A stretch of 64,000 nt of DNA from contig CM102287.1 of the NCBI GenBank assembly GCA_046563655.1, positions 10,230,001-10,294,000 of the forward strand, given 5' to 3'. A program made the translations under genes and the position numbers. Origin of the DNA: Yuukianura sp. NJ FZ-2021. Lineage: Eukaryota. The notes beneath the pieces were generated by a model. That model was not told the origin of the DNA. It was given only the letters and a program-made list of their open reading frames with translations, and ran no database searches. How positions within the stretch are numbered: the first letter of the stretch is position 1; each line of letters begins with the position of its first letter. Shown here piece by piece: positions 1 to 13,892 of this stretch.

Positions 1-3000
1 CCGAGAACCCCACAGAAGAAAACCGTTGAACCTTATACACTGCGTCGTCCTGGGAAACAAGTTTCGACTCGTCGACGAAACGATGACGACGATCAGCTGA
101 TCAATGACGATTTCTCAACAGGACGAGATGTACATTTCCCAGGACCGTCAAAACGTTTGGCCCACGGAAGTGACGGTGGAGACTCACTTGAATTCAGTCC
201 CAACTATGACGAAGATCCAATTGGGGACCCTGAAGATGACATTGACACGGTCAATCCCTTTGCCCAAGACATGTTCTTCCCCCATGACACTTCCCTTGTC
301 GAAGCCTTTGGATCCCTTATTCCAGACCCCTTCATATCATCTTCTGAGCCTTTGCTGGACTACGCCGATGAGTCAATCAATGATGGTCTCAACACCCCTC
401 CATGTCGCTCACCTTCCCCCGTGACTTCTCCCCTCGTGTTACCGGATACACCAGACATGATGTCACCCGACAGTCCAGCTATCATGTACGCCCCTCCAGA
501 ACCCGAAGTGTCGCCCAATACGCGGAGATCCTTAAGGTCCGCTTCTAGGAAATCCAAGTCCCCCTCCCCCTTGACCACTCCGACTAAAGCCCTCCAACCT
601 CTGACCTCAGTTCGTCAAGGACGAGTCAACAAAGTGACTCCTAGAAAACGGTCACCCAAAGTAGAACGTCCAGTGGAAGACGAAGATATTGTTAGAATGA
701 AAGCAAATCTTGAATCCATAAATCTTGAATCGACACAGTCTCGACTGCAGCGTAAAAGGGCTCGAATGGATTCTGGAGACAAAGAAGAAGTTCCGCCGAA
801 GTCAACAATAGTTCCGTATGTTCCTCAGAAACCGATTCAGGAGGTCAAAGGTCGACCTCAGAGAGTTCCAGCTATCAAAGGTGGTAGCTCACCATCCAGT
901 TCTGAAAAGTCATTCAAGGAAATCATGAGCAACTATGTAAGTTTTTACATTCATACCTTCAGTTCTATTAAATTGTGAACTTTAGATTGATCGAAACTTT
1001 ATCAATTCAGTTAATCGAAACTTACTTAATTCACTTACAGATACACAACTTCGAAGCCTTTCAACGGCCTGGCAAAATTAAGCGACTAAAACTTACTAAC
1101 TTCATGTGTCACGTTTGTTTCGATCAAGATTGGAACCAAATGGTAAGCTCCCTAAACGTTCAATTAACGTTCGATTAATTAGTTGTATCGCGATTAATTG
1201 GTAATGTCTTTAGGTAAATTACATTATAGCTGACAACGGTGCCGGGAAAAGTGCAATTTTGGTAGCGATTCAGCTGGTATTCGGCGCCAAGGCGAGTACG
1301 ACCATGAGAAGTGCGAGTGTGAAGGAGTTGATTCAGTACAACAAGTACCAGGCTACAATTGAAGTGACATTGGCCAACGATGGAACTCTGGACATGGACA
1401 AGTATGGTCCAGAGATAGTCATTAGTCGAACCATTAGAGACAATGGGACATCGTGGTACTCCATTCGGAAGGGAGAGAGTAAGGCCAAACGGAGTTTACG
1501 GAGGAAGGAGCTGGAGTTGATACTGGCCACTCTGCAAATCATGGTGGACAATCCAGCCATGATTTTGAACCAAGAAGCTTCCAGTAACTTCCTTCGAGAG
1601 AACAATCCCAGAGCTCTGTACATGTACTTCTACCGTGGACTCAATCTTGAACACTGCGAACTTCTGCTCAATCGTAGTTGGGACGACATGGAGTCTGCTA
1701 GATTGGCACTCAATAACAAACGGAGGGTAAGTCATTAACTACAGCTGATGAATCAGCTGTTCTACTCAGACTTAGTTTAGTTAACTAAATGTTAATTAGT
1801 CATGATCAGCTGATTGACATTTGACTTTGGTTGTTGACATTTCAGATGCTGGAGGAGCTCCAGAGTAAGGCAAGAGAGCGGAAATCGTACTACGACGCAG
1901 TCGTGACAATGGAAAATGGGAAAGACAAAGTCCGCAAGCTGACAGCCGAGCATCACTGGGCAATTGTAGCGCAAGGTGAAGAAGAACTGGCTTCTTTGCA
2001 GCATAAACTGGATGTCGTCGTTGACAAATGTGCTGAACTTGAGAAACAAACGGAAGACGTATCGGAACAGCAGAATTCCCTGGATAAAAATCAAGAGTAA
2101 GTCACCAAGTCAAAACTTATTATCTGAATTTAAGTTAATCGATTAACTTTAATTACTAGATCGAGTAAGTCCCAGCTGAAGAAACTGAAACGGCTTCTTC
2201 ACTCGCACCGAGAAGAGCTTGAACTAAAGTGTCGTGAAGCCCATTCCCACCATCAAGACCTGTCCAATGCCAAATCCAAATTGTCCAACCTAATTAAAAT
2301 CATCAACGACAAGAACCGGAGACTGGCAGGAATTGAGGCGGAGGCGGAACGTCTAAGACAAGAGAGCGATGCCAACTACAAGGAGAGTGTGAGGGAACGT
2401 GAACGTCAGAAATACGAACTTCTGGATCGACGGGGCATGGCCAAGGAGAGACTCGCAGTGGCCAAGAGTCGGAAGGACGAATCCTATGCGATCTTCGAAC
2501 GATGTAATGAAGCTCAAGTAGAGTGGCACAAAAAGTCGGAAGATATCAAGTTCGGAATAAGAGAGAAACAACATGAACTGCTAAATATTGAGAAGAAACA
2601 GAGTTCCAAGTACAATCGATACGGACCGGAAATGGTCACACTTATGGCAGAAATTGAAAAGGTACGAGTCTTTTGTCAAAATTTTACAAAAACTTACATT
2701 TTTTTCAAAATTAAAAGAAATTGTTTTAAAACTAAATCTCAAACGTTTTGTTTGCTTAGATGGCCAAACGAGGACAGTTCATGGAAATGCCGATGGGACC
2801 ACAGTCAGCTTGCTACACAGTCAAGGTAAGTCAGACTAACTGAATTTGGATTAGGCTAACTTTGTAACTTGTAACTTTGTAATTTGTAACTTTGTAACTT
2901 GTAACTTTGTAAATGTTATGTTTTGATCAGGAATCGTTCCGAGAGTATGCGCCGTTGATAGAACATATTCTGGGCTCCACGATATTCCAGTTCCGTGTTG

Positions 3001-6000
3001 GTCATGTCCAGGACAAAGTGACTCTCCAGAATCTAATGAAAAAAGTTTACAGAAATAACAAGCAACAACCGGACATCTTGTATCATCCAATCAAGAATCG
3101 AGACGTAAGTTTCAAAAATTCATAACCTGAACCACTTTTTTGAAAAAATGTTCAAAATTTCATTTTTGCAGAGATACAACTTGTTGAACGTGAAAGCGAG
3201 TTCTGGTCATAACACTGTGCTGGATGCTCTTGACATTCTGGACGACGATCCAGTTGTTGTGAACTGGTTAGCAGATTCAAACGGAATTGAAAAAATTCTG
3301 CTCTTTCCAACTGAAGTTGAAGCCTGCAACGTTATGAAGGAAGCGAGAAGGTAAATTCAAACGTTTTCAAAAATATTTCACATGAATTTTTTTTGAAATT
3401 TTGACAATTTCCTAATTTTGAGAATTTTGGAAGAAGTAACTTAAATTTTAGAGATTTCAGTTTTTGAAAAAGTTTTGTTCAATCAAGACGCCAGTTGAAC
3501 TTTTAATTTTTTGAGATATGAGAATACTCATGTGAAGAAGTGTGTTTTTCCCTGTGTATTTTTCCTATCTCCTTCCCTATCTCGCTTAATGCTTTTTTTC
3601 TGGACCAATCACATTCGTCCTCTCAAATTATTCGAGTCCATGTAAACTCCCGTATGCCAAAAAATTTATTTTTTCATGTGGCGTCAAGCTTATTTCTAAT
3701 TTCATTTTTATTTTTTAAAATTTTTCAAAATGTTATTCATTTTCATAGAGTGGTCGTAAAAATTTAACTGAGGTGTCAACATTTATGAAAATTGAAGCTC
3801 TAGTGATTGATTGCAAATCGTGTTTCAAAAATCCTACCGAACTTAATTTTAAAAATTTCCAATTCGAAAAACTTTTTTTTTGTCTTTTTTTGGCCAGTTC
3901 AAACCGGTAACGCTCTTTTTAAAATTTGCAGAGTACCAAGAGGGTGTAACATCGCTTACACGCTGAACTTCAAGCGAATCCATGCGGATCCACACTATCG
4001 TTCCATGGTCATCAATCCATACAAAGAAAAAACGCATTTTGTTCAAATCACGTCAACTTCACGCCTTCCAAATGACGAGTAAGCAATATTTTTACGAAAA
4101 TCCAACTTTTTGAGAACAGTTTTCAGGGTGTTTTACTAATTTTGAAATTTTGTTTTTCAGGTTAGTGAAACTTGAAATTAGCCAAATGGAAGTTGAGCTG
4201 AGCCAAGTTTCGGAGATGCTGCGACAAGCGAAAAGTCAAACTGACATGGCAGAGAAGTCGGATCGGGCGATGGATCGGGAACTGAGACAGGCACAGAACG
4301 AAGTCACGAACATTGAGACTTTGATTCAAGGACTGGAGGATGCTGTGGTCCAAGGACCAGACTTGGCTTCCTATGTAAGCAACAATTTTCAAAAAAAGAA
4401 AGAAGTTTTTTGAAAAATTTGATTTTTTTTTTAAATTTCAAAATTTTAGATTGAAGATGGAGAGGAATTGCGGGCGAGCATCAATCAGAATATGGTGGAG
4501 AAGAGTCACTGGGAAGCAAAAGTAGAAGAACTCAAGCCGATTTACGCGGAAGTTGAAAATCAAAAAACGGCACTGGAAGAATCCATTGAAAACACGGAAG
4601 GAGAAATACAGTTGGTCGAGAATCAAAGCGATTTTGCCAAAAGAGCAAACGATCTTAGAATTGTAAGTTTGAAGTTCAAAATGTCATTCTGAAATTCAAA
4701 ATTTTTTAATTTTTGTGTTTTTAGAAATTGAAAAACTTGAATGAGGAACTAGCAAATCAAAGTGCCGCGAGGCAGTCACTCTCGAAAAAAGTAAAGGAAA
4801 CGGCGACCAGTCTTGACAAAAACATAGCCGCTGCAGCGTCTACAGGATCCAGAGTACCAAAAAAGCGGTAAGATTTGACCTTTTTGTGAACTTGACCTTT
4901 GACCTTTCCTGTTTTTGACCTTGACCTTTGACCTTCCAGGGAAATACCAGCGATCAAGGAGGAGTTGCGCTGTCTTGAAGCGATGCTGGAGAAAAACAAG
5001 CACAAGATTAGTCAGAAAGCGTCGCTGAAGAAGGAGTGGGACAGAGCACAGGAATTTGCAGATGAAGTGGAACAGGACATCCGTTCTGCTGGAAATCTAA
5101 TCAAGGTAAGTTAAAATATTTATTTATATGTAATATTTATTTATTTAAGTTATTTTAATTTATTTATATATAACATTTAATTATTTTTTTCAATGTTTAG
5201 ATCTTATTACCCACGATTACAACCCAACGGAGGAGGTTTAAGAAAAAGAAGAGCGATTTTGGGAACACACTGCAGGCATCGTTCCAAGCACTGATCAGTT
5301 ACAGGAACTTTGGGGTAAGAAACGTTTTGATTGGTTGGTTTGCTTTTTCCCGCTTCATGATTGGTTCATAATTTTTAATTTTAAACAAAATTTTGTCCAG
5401 GGAAAACTAATCATTGATCATCAGGAGAAGAACTTGTTACTCTGGGTTTGTCCAGACTCCAACTCCGAAGAGAGAGCAAACGCCTATCAGAGAACGTTAC
5501 ACAAATGCTTGCTTTACAAGTAAGGATTGTTTCAAAAAAAGTGAATTTCAAAATTTCAGTTTCTAAAAAAAGTTGGTTTGTCTAATATTTTCTCTCTTTG
5601 CTTTCAGAAAGGGAATGAAGGACTACATTTCAGGATTATCGGGAGGTGAACGATCGTTTTCCAATGTCTGTTTCATGGTGTCCATGGTAAGTTTACGAAA
5701 TTGTAACTTTGTAAATCCGTAAAAATGCGTAAATTTGTAAAAATATGTAATTTTTCAGTGGAAAGTGATGGAGGCTCCATTTTACATTTTGGATGAGTTT
5801 GATGCTTTCATGGACGAGGCCAATCGAAAGGCGAGTTCCATGATTCTGGAGTCTCACACACGAAATCAGCCGGAAGCCCAGTTCTTCTTTATTACGCCAC
5901 TCAAAGTGGATAACATTGTGTCTCCAAATAAATACACTAAGATTCTAAGGTGAGTTCCAAAGTTGACCTCTGACATTTCAAGTTTTGACCTTTGACATTT

Positions 6001-6224
6001 GAAGTTTTGGGTTGACCTTTGACCTCTTTTGTGTGTTTTTCAGACTCTACCCACCGATTCGAGACTCAGCAGAGCCTCTAGCTATAACTGAAACTGCGCA
6101 GAAGACGAATGGGGTCAAGGAGGCTGAGAAGCGCAAAGGTCAAATCGTTCCAACACGAAATAAAAGCGGTCTGCACGATCGCTTGTACAGAGCACAACAA
6201 CCACTCGCAATTAAGTCACACTAA
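1..6224 (+). CDS. SMC6: SMC6-like structural maintenance of chromosomes protein, multi-exon, 5' end outside the window
   Basis: Spliced exons give GKIKRLKLTNFMCH, Walker A region VNYIIADNGAGKSAIL (exon from 1214), IMVDNPAMILNQE (Q-loop), long coiled coils, signature LSGGERSF (~5635-5660) and Walker B/D-loop APFYILDEFDAFMD, then QFFFITP. Frame is open from base 1; stop TAA at 6222-6224. Confidence 0.88.
2857..2913. repeat. Intronic short tandem repeat of a 7-8 bp TTGTAAC(T) unit
   Basis: taactttgtaacttgtaactttgtaatttgtaactttgtaacttgtaactttgtaaa within an SMC6 intron. Confidence 0.85.
3467..3838 (+). repeat. Dispersed intronic repeat, copy A (~370 bp)
   Basis: Shares colinear blocks with 9734-10114: caagacgccagtt, gagatatgagaat, tgtatttttcctatctc, ctggaccaatca, aaattattcgagtccatgtaaactccc, tgtggcgtc, gaggtgtcaa. 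Confidence 0.85.
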
Positions 6225-9200
6225 ATTTCAAAGTGCCGCTTTTCAAAAACATAACCTAACATTTTAAAAAACTAAGCGTAATCTGAACTTAGATTGCTTT
6301 AATAACCTTAACATTCTTGGAATATGCTTTTCAATTGCATTTTTTAAAAAGAGGATCATGTTTCAAGGTTATTTTGTTTCATGATTCGTTATGTAACTGG
6401 TGCATTTTAAAATATTATGATGATATTAATTAAGTTCCATCCTCTTTCAAGTTATGAAAAATTATACGTAATAATTCTACTTAAAATGTTAGGTTAATAG
6501 CCTAATATGTTAGGTTATTAACGTAACGTAATAACCTTGTTTGTTCAAACGCTCAAGGGACGAAACGAAACATGTAAATTGGGAAGTGTACTTTGGACGT
6601 AGAAGTTTTAGTTTAGTGTAGTTTAGTTTAGAGTTTTAGAAGTTAGTTTAGTTCAATTTTGTTAGTTTTTTAGTTTTAGATTAATAAGTCAGTTAACTTT
6701 TTTGATTTTTCGGGCTCTGTTGTATTTTTTTTCCTCAAGGAGTTTTAGCAATTGTATACACTCTGCGCATTTTTAGTAAAAATTTAGCCTAAGATTAGGT
6801 TTTTAGATTGTTTAGAAACTAAGTTAGTTTTTTTTGGGAATTGACTAATCTAATTAATTTTAACCTTTGACCCCTATGTACAGTTTCGTACAGTAATTTG
6901 TTAAGTTAGTCAGGTTTAGCCTATGGTTTTGTGAATTTGAAAAAAAATTGAACGGATTTTAATTGTGGAGAGAAATACTAGTGAAAGTTGTTGAAATTTT
7001 ATAAATAGTTTAACAACCAGTGTGATATCTAATTAAATTAAGTTGTAATTATAATTACAATTATAATTAATTACAATTGTAATTAAATTGAAAGAAATAA
7101 CGTAAAGCGAGTCGGCCCTCATTGTATTCAGCACTTCCCAATCGATACTCTTTTTAAAAGTCTAAAACCCAACTCCTCCATTGTTAAACTTGAAGCTAAA
7201 GTGTAAACTTAATATTTAGTTGTAAACTTAATTAGTTTTAATTAATTAAGTAGTTAACCACCCTCACACTTATAATAATCCCAAGCACTAATGAAAGATT
7301 CCTTAAAAAATTGACTTTGAAGTACAAAGGATTCTTGAAAAGAAATAAAGGCTCTACAACTAAATCTCTGAAGTTGATTAACTTTTAAATGACTTATTAA
7401 TTAATTATTTATTTATAATAATTAATAATAATAAACTTATAGCTTAGCATATGCTTTTTGCCCAGAAGTGCTGAGAGTGGGGCAAAGTGAGAGGAGAAAC
7501 TTAAGTACAGGTTCAGTTGAGTTTTTAGTGTTGTTGAGAGCAGCTGGACAAAATTCCGCTCTTCCCCGTTATAAAAGTTTACAGTTACTTTTAAATTTTA
7601 ATCACAATTAAAAGTTAAAGTGTAAACTAGTCAATTAACAACTAATCAACGACACATTACTGAGTATAAACTAAACATCTACTTTTGAGTTTCCTCTGAA
7701 TAGCGAAAATCTTTTTTTTGGTGTCGTTGACCCTTGAAATTACAGTTGATCATCACACTATGAATCAGTGACTCATTCCTATTCTTCTCTGAGGAACAAC
7801 CTGTCATCTCAATTAGTAATTGAACTTCGGATGACCTTGACCTTCACAGTGGACGAAGCAATACATCTTCACATCTTCTGATCTACAGTGTCATCAACAT
7901 TGACCTCATGGCTGCTCAAAATGTAAACATTCTACTTGTCAACAAAACTCTCTAAAACATAGTAGTCTAGCAGTAATTTATCAGATTAATTGAATTCGAA
8001 CTTTATTTTGATGAATTGACATAGGAATAGTCTCACTTTTTAGGTTGTTACTCCCTCCGTTTTGTGTATTGACCTCCCTGATCAGAATTGGATAAAGGGC
8101 ATCGATTTCTCTCAACTCCTAAACGATTATTTCCAGTTACAAATCGAAAAGTTAATAACATCCGCCTTCTGTTGAAGTTGACCTCTCAGATTGATCAGAA
8201 GAGGTCACGCTCTATTAATTTCGGTTAATTTGATGTGGAAGGCCAATAAGTAACTAAAAATAGGAAAATGGGTGACTTTGTGATGGAAAGTATCGATCAT
8301 GAATCATAAGACACTCCTTTCCTGTTGATTTGATTCCTGATTAGACTCCAGATCAATCCAAGTCCTCCAGGGAGAAAGTCATCTCTGTTCTGCACAAATC
8401 CAGCAGAGACTCCCAGGACACTCTCAAATTAACTTTCTCTTTTTAGAAACTGTTTTTACTGGAGAAGAAAGTTGGAGAGTGGGAGGGTTTAGGAAATCAA
8501 TATTATTCTGGAGTAGCTTTCTCCGCTCTACAACTTTTTGGATACAAGGATACTGTTCTACCTTGGTCATACCTCCAAAATATCTCAAACCATAGCCTTT
8601 CTCCCGTTGTTCCCAATTGACCCACATCAAACACGCAAGTCTCCACAAAAGACACCGAAAAAGTTAGCTTTTCTCCCACTTTCTCTCAGTTCCAAAGGTC
8701 ACACTCAATAGTTTCATCATAAATAACCTACTTTCTAGTAGTTACTTTTTAGCTATCTAAAGTTCCAATTGTTGTACAGCTTTTTTATCTAATCGGTCCT
8801 ACTGTAAACATTAATTGACTCGTCACCACTTCACTCTAACTTTTTGGAAACTCATCTAAGCAACACGAGGTCAGCATTTACTGGTCAGAAGCAGAACTGG
8901 CCTTGAGTTAAAAAGATTGACCTTTGACCTAGATTTATGATTTTGGGTTGAGAGGAGTGATGACAAGTAGAAAGCGGATGGAGTTTTATGATTTTTTTGA
9001 GGTATCTGCTGTTTCCACGAATAGAGTTTTATGATCTTTTATGAATCGACAATAATTGAAACTCGTAACGCAGATTTAATGACGCTGGGCGTGTAAACTT
9101 TTGCTGTAATTTCAACACCTAACTCACTTTTCAGCTTTTTAGTCTGTCTGGATTTTGAATACGAGTTTAGTACATTTTTCAAAATGTGGAATTGAGAGGG

Positions 9201-9421
9201 CGATACACGATACAAACATAATCTGCAATTTACTAAAAACTAAATGTCCAAAGGTCATTCAACTTCTGTACAAAGAGGAAATTACACAAAAATTTCCGCA
9301 TGGATAATTTATTAATTTGCACTTTTTAGTGTATGTAAAAACTTTTTTTTTTAATAATTTGTCAGAATTTTGTAATTTTGAAGATTTGAGTGTAACTTTT
9401 TGATTTTCTAAAATTGTAGGT

Positions 9422-12400
9422 ATGGAGACTGAACCTCTGCTGGTGACAAAAGACACAACGGCAATGACGAACTACCGAACAGAAAATGGGTCGTCCATGA
9501 CAACGGGTGGACAAGAGGAGGAACTCATGTCACTCCCCCATCATCATCTCCCGCTGGACAAGGACTTGCCCGAGGGCAGGACAAATCACAACGTCCTAGA
9601 AAGATTCCATGAAGATGCTCTGCAGCAGGTCAAACTTCTCAAAACAAAAATATTTACCATCAATTTTTTCAGAATTTTAGAAGAAACAACTAATTTTTAG
9701 AAGGAAAAAGAATGTTAAAATATTTCGGTTTTTAAAAAAGTTTTTGTTTAAGCAAGACGCCAGTTAAACTTTTAATTTCTTGAGATATGAGAATTCTGAT
9801 GTGGAAAAAGGTTTTGGATGTGTATTTTTCCTATCTCGTTCCCTATCTCCCGTAATGCTTTTTTTCTGGACCAATCAGATTCGTCCGTTCAAATTATTCG
9901 AGTCCATGTAAACTCCCATATGCCAAGAAATTAATTTTTTATGTGGCGTCGACCTTATTTCTAATTTTTAATTTTTTCATCTTATTTCAAAATTTCAAAT
10001 CGTGAATGATTTTCACAGAGTTCTCCTAAGAATTAACCCGAGGTGTCAAAATTTATGAAAACCAAAGATCTATCGTTGATTAAAATTTAAAAATCCGTTT
10101 TCAAAATCCCTACCATGACCATTTCCATTTTACCTGAAGTATTAAATTTAATCTGAAGTTTTGAAATTTCTAATTTTTGATTTTCTTTTTAAATTTTCAG
10201 ATTGGGCATGGAAAGATGCAAGTGACTGCTCTGCTAATTTGTGGACTTGTGATGATCGCTGATTTTGCTGAGCTCATGGCTCTCATCATGTCATCCAAAA
10301 GTGCTCAGTTTGAATTTTGCATCGAAAGCACTCAGAAGTCATGGATCGGTAATTACTTATTCATTTCTAAAATTTATGATTTTTTCAAAATCGTTTTTTT
10401 TTAATTTTGTACAGTTGGAGCTGCCCTGATGGGTTGGAGTGCTGGAGCTGGATTTTGGGGGAGTTTGGGGGATCGTGTGGGCAGACGACGCGCTTTGACG
10501 TACTGTTTGGGCGTTTCAGTAATTTTCAGTGGAGCTAGTGTGATTATGCCAACGGAAGGAACTTTTCTCACTGCTAGACTCTTCAGTGGCATGGGGTAAA
10601 AAGTACTAATTACTTTTTAGTTTTTACTTTTTAGTTTTACAAAGTGGGCTAATTACTTTGGTTTTAATTATAGGATTGGAGGATGTCTTCCTCTGGCGGT
10701 GACTTACTTGAGTGAATTTGTGCAAGAGAAAAGAAGACGTCTATCAACTTCGATTCTCTTTCTGTTCTGGCCCCTCGGTGCAGCTTATGTCATCATGTTG
10801 GCTTGGCTCATTCTACCATCAACTGGTTAGCCTAACTAACCTAATCTAAAAAAAACATAACCTAATCTCAAAACGCAACCTAACGTTTCTGAAATCCAAA
10901 AACCTAACGTCTCCTGAAGATGATTGATGAGCAACTTCGACAAGAAGTGGAGATGAAAGTATAAAATGTTCAGTTTTTTGGTTAAAATTTTGAAACTTTT
11001 TGGTTTTTTGAAGGTCTTGAGCTGAGTGAGGAATTGAAGCGACATTTTTCAGCGTGGCGACGTCTGTTGCTGGCTGCCGTTGGTCCCAGCGTGGTTAGCA
11101 TCATTCTGCTCCTGTTCATGCCAGAAGGACCTCTCAACCTCATGCAAAATGGAAGAGACGCAGATTCACTTAAAATCTACAAGGTCAGTTGGTTCAAATT
11201 TTGAAATTTTGAGAAGCTTATGTAAAAAATTTGGTTTGTTGATTTTGATTTGTAGGAATTGTATGCATGGAACCGTGGAGCGAATACTAATTTTACTTTT
11301 ACTGAATTGGAAATTCCTACGTTAAGTATAGGAACACCATCCAACAGTCCACCACCGAAAAGCGTAATTGGAGATCTCACAAAAGCACTCAAATCAGTAC
11401 GATTTCGAAATTTTAATTAACCAATTTGAAATTTTAATTTCCATGTTCGTGACGTACGTTTTTGTATTTTTAGTTTTGGGATTCATTTTTGACACTTTGG
11501 AGTCGAAAAAGAAAGAGACTCACGATTACCCTCACGCTCGTATGGTTTATGGCTGCAATTGGGTATTTTCGAAATTTAAAAAAATGAAATTTTGGAAAAG
11601 TTGTTGATGTTTTTTTGAAATTTTGAAGGCAAGGAGCTCTGACGTCGTGGGTAATTTCTCTTCAGGCAACTCTGCGTGACTGGGGGTTTGATGAAAGTGT
11701 GCAGCAGAAACAGGATCTCACGATTGAACATAGAAATATTACAGAAGACTATGCCAACATTCGTTACCTCCGAACCACTTTCCACAACATTTCATTTCAA
11801 AATATGGTCAGTTTTTGAAAACTTTTTGAAAAAAAAAAGTGATTTTGGAAATTTTGTTTTTTGGTTTTTGCAGATGATGAATCACGTCAGATTTCAAAAC
11901 TGTACTTTCCTAGACGTAAATTTTACAAATATTCGTACTTCCGAAGTCCTCTTCCACTCTTCTAACCTAACCGACTGCTATTTGGTCGACACGGACTTGG
12001 ACAGATCCAATTTCCAAAATTGTCTACTTGAAAACATAACTTATGCTGGTACAAAATTTTGAAAATTTTTGAAAAAAGTCAGAATTCTAAGATTTTTTTT
12101 TTGTAATTTGTAGGATCAGATCCATCATGTCATCTTATCCCAGACTTTAACATGGAATTGGCCTCTGACCTCTTCGATTCAGGAATGCCCGTGCTGGGCA
12201 TCTTTCTAGGAGCAGCACTGTCTGCTTTGTTGGCAACTTGGGTCAAAAGGTCACGCCTCATCTATACTTACTTGATACTGGCAGCACTCATGAGCATTGG
12301 ATTCACAATTCTCTTCTATGACACGAACAATGTCCAATTTCAATTGAATCAAACCATGGCAATCATTGGACACACCGTTATCAACTTTGTGCTGGCGGGA

Positions 12401-12680
12401 ATGTGGAGTGTACTCCTCACGGCCAGTGACCAGTATCCCACCGCTAGTCGGTAACAACAACTTTGTCTAAAAAAAAAGTTAGAAAAAAAGTTTGTTCTAA
12501 ATTTTGTTGGTTTTGGTTTTTAGGAGTGGAGGACTTGGGTTTTTGTGCGGAACGGGCAGACTGGGATCGTTTTTTGGGGTGGGGCTGTTTGGAACAACTT
12601 TGCACAAGAGCCTCATTCCAATCGTATCCTCAATCTTTCTAGTCCTGTCAGCCTGTGTGGCATTTAGAACCAATTTCTAA
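9422..12680 (+). CDS. SV2: Synaptic vesicle glycoprotein 2-like MFS transporter with luminal pentapeptide-repeat loop
   Basis: HEDALQQ|IGHGKMQ, WGSLGDRVGRRRAL (MFS motif A), TYLSEF, SAWRR..FMPE, luminal F/L-every-5 repeats (HVRFQNCTFLDVNFTNIRTSEVLFHSSNLTDCYL), YPTASRSGGLG; stop TAA at 12678-12680. Confidence 0.85.
9734..10114 (+). repeat. Dispersed intronic repeat, copy B
   Basis: Colinear similarity to 3467-3838, located in an SV2 intron. Confidence 0.85.
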
Positions 12681-13892
12681 AGTGTTTAACGTTTAACCAA
12701 CAGTTAAGTTGTAAACATTGTTTAACTAAATGACTTACTATAGTAGGTATAACGTTGTACATAGTAGTTTGGATATTGAGCAGAAAATATCATGGATCTT
12801 TTGGTTTTCAACGTAAGGAACTTTACAGCCTGGAATTTGTACTTCAGGGACGAAATGTTCGGTGATTTTAGATGATGGATTTTGAGCATGTCACTGTTGG
12901 TCGGTTTTTTGTATATTTTTTTGTTGTGTAGACGTAAAGTTGTTAGATTCGTTAGGTTTAAGGTCTTGGATGTAAATTATTTATTTATGAATTAATTATT
13001 TATGAATTAATTAGTAATTAAGGACTCTCCTGTGATGAAAATCGTCAACCATCACAACGTTAGGAATTTCCATTGAAATATACGTAAACATGAGGTCATC
13101 TAGGTTAGCTAACGATGCGTATTAACTTTTAAATTAACTTGAGAGTTATACTGGCTATGAATTTCAACTTGTAAAAACCAGGAATGTAAGTAAAGAAATA
13201 TTTAACAATTTTTAGTAGTTTTCTCTTAAAACGAATTATGAAAAATACTTTTTAGTTTTAGTAATGTTTTGAAAATATTAAAAACTTGTGAAATTCTGGC
13301 TGGAAGTTAGTGCAATAATTTATTGATTCAGTTTTCAATTTTGACTTTTCACTTGTCTTCATGTTTTAGTTGCGGTAAAAGTTTATTCCGCTACATGTGG
13401 ACAAGGTTTTAACTTTTTTTAAAGTTGCAACTCAATTTTTTAGCGAAATCCTTTGGCCGGTGAAAGTTGTATTTAGAAAATAAAAAAAAACTAAATCTTG
13501 TTCTGTGAAAACCTAAAGTATTTTTTAAATTTTAAAAATTCAAAAACTAAGTAGAAGTTTGCTATCGATTTTTGAACAAAACAAAAGATGGGAATCAATG
13601 TATTTAAATACATTTAAATATTTAAAAATATTTTTGCTACCAATTTCTTTTAGTCCTTTTAATTCAAGATTCGCACAAATTTTTAGTTTTAAAAAAATTT
13701 GAATTGGGGGGAGGAGTTAGACGACTGTGTTGAGCATGATCGAAAGAGAACAAAGAAAAGATGAAGTTTGAATGGACTGATGATGTGGCCAGTTTGTTGA
13801 CCTCGAAACGTCACTTTTCACAAATGTCAGTTCCAGTTCTCAAATGTGACACAGTTTCAGTTGGACATTGACTGTGGAAGTGTCTAGGTCAG

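Noticed and set aside
8230..8700. GC-richer segment with a 74-aa minus-strand ORF (8424-8648)
   Set aside because: No recognisable motif and no convincing splice model; may be UTR or decayed sequence.
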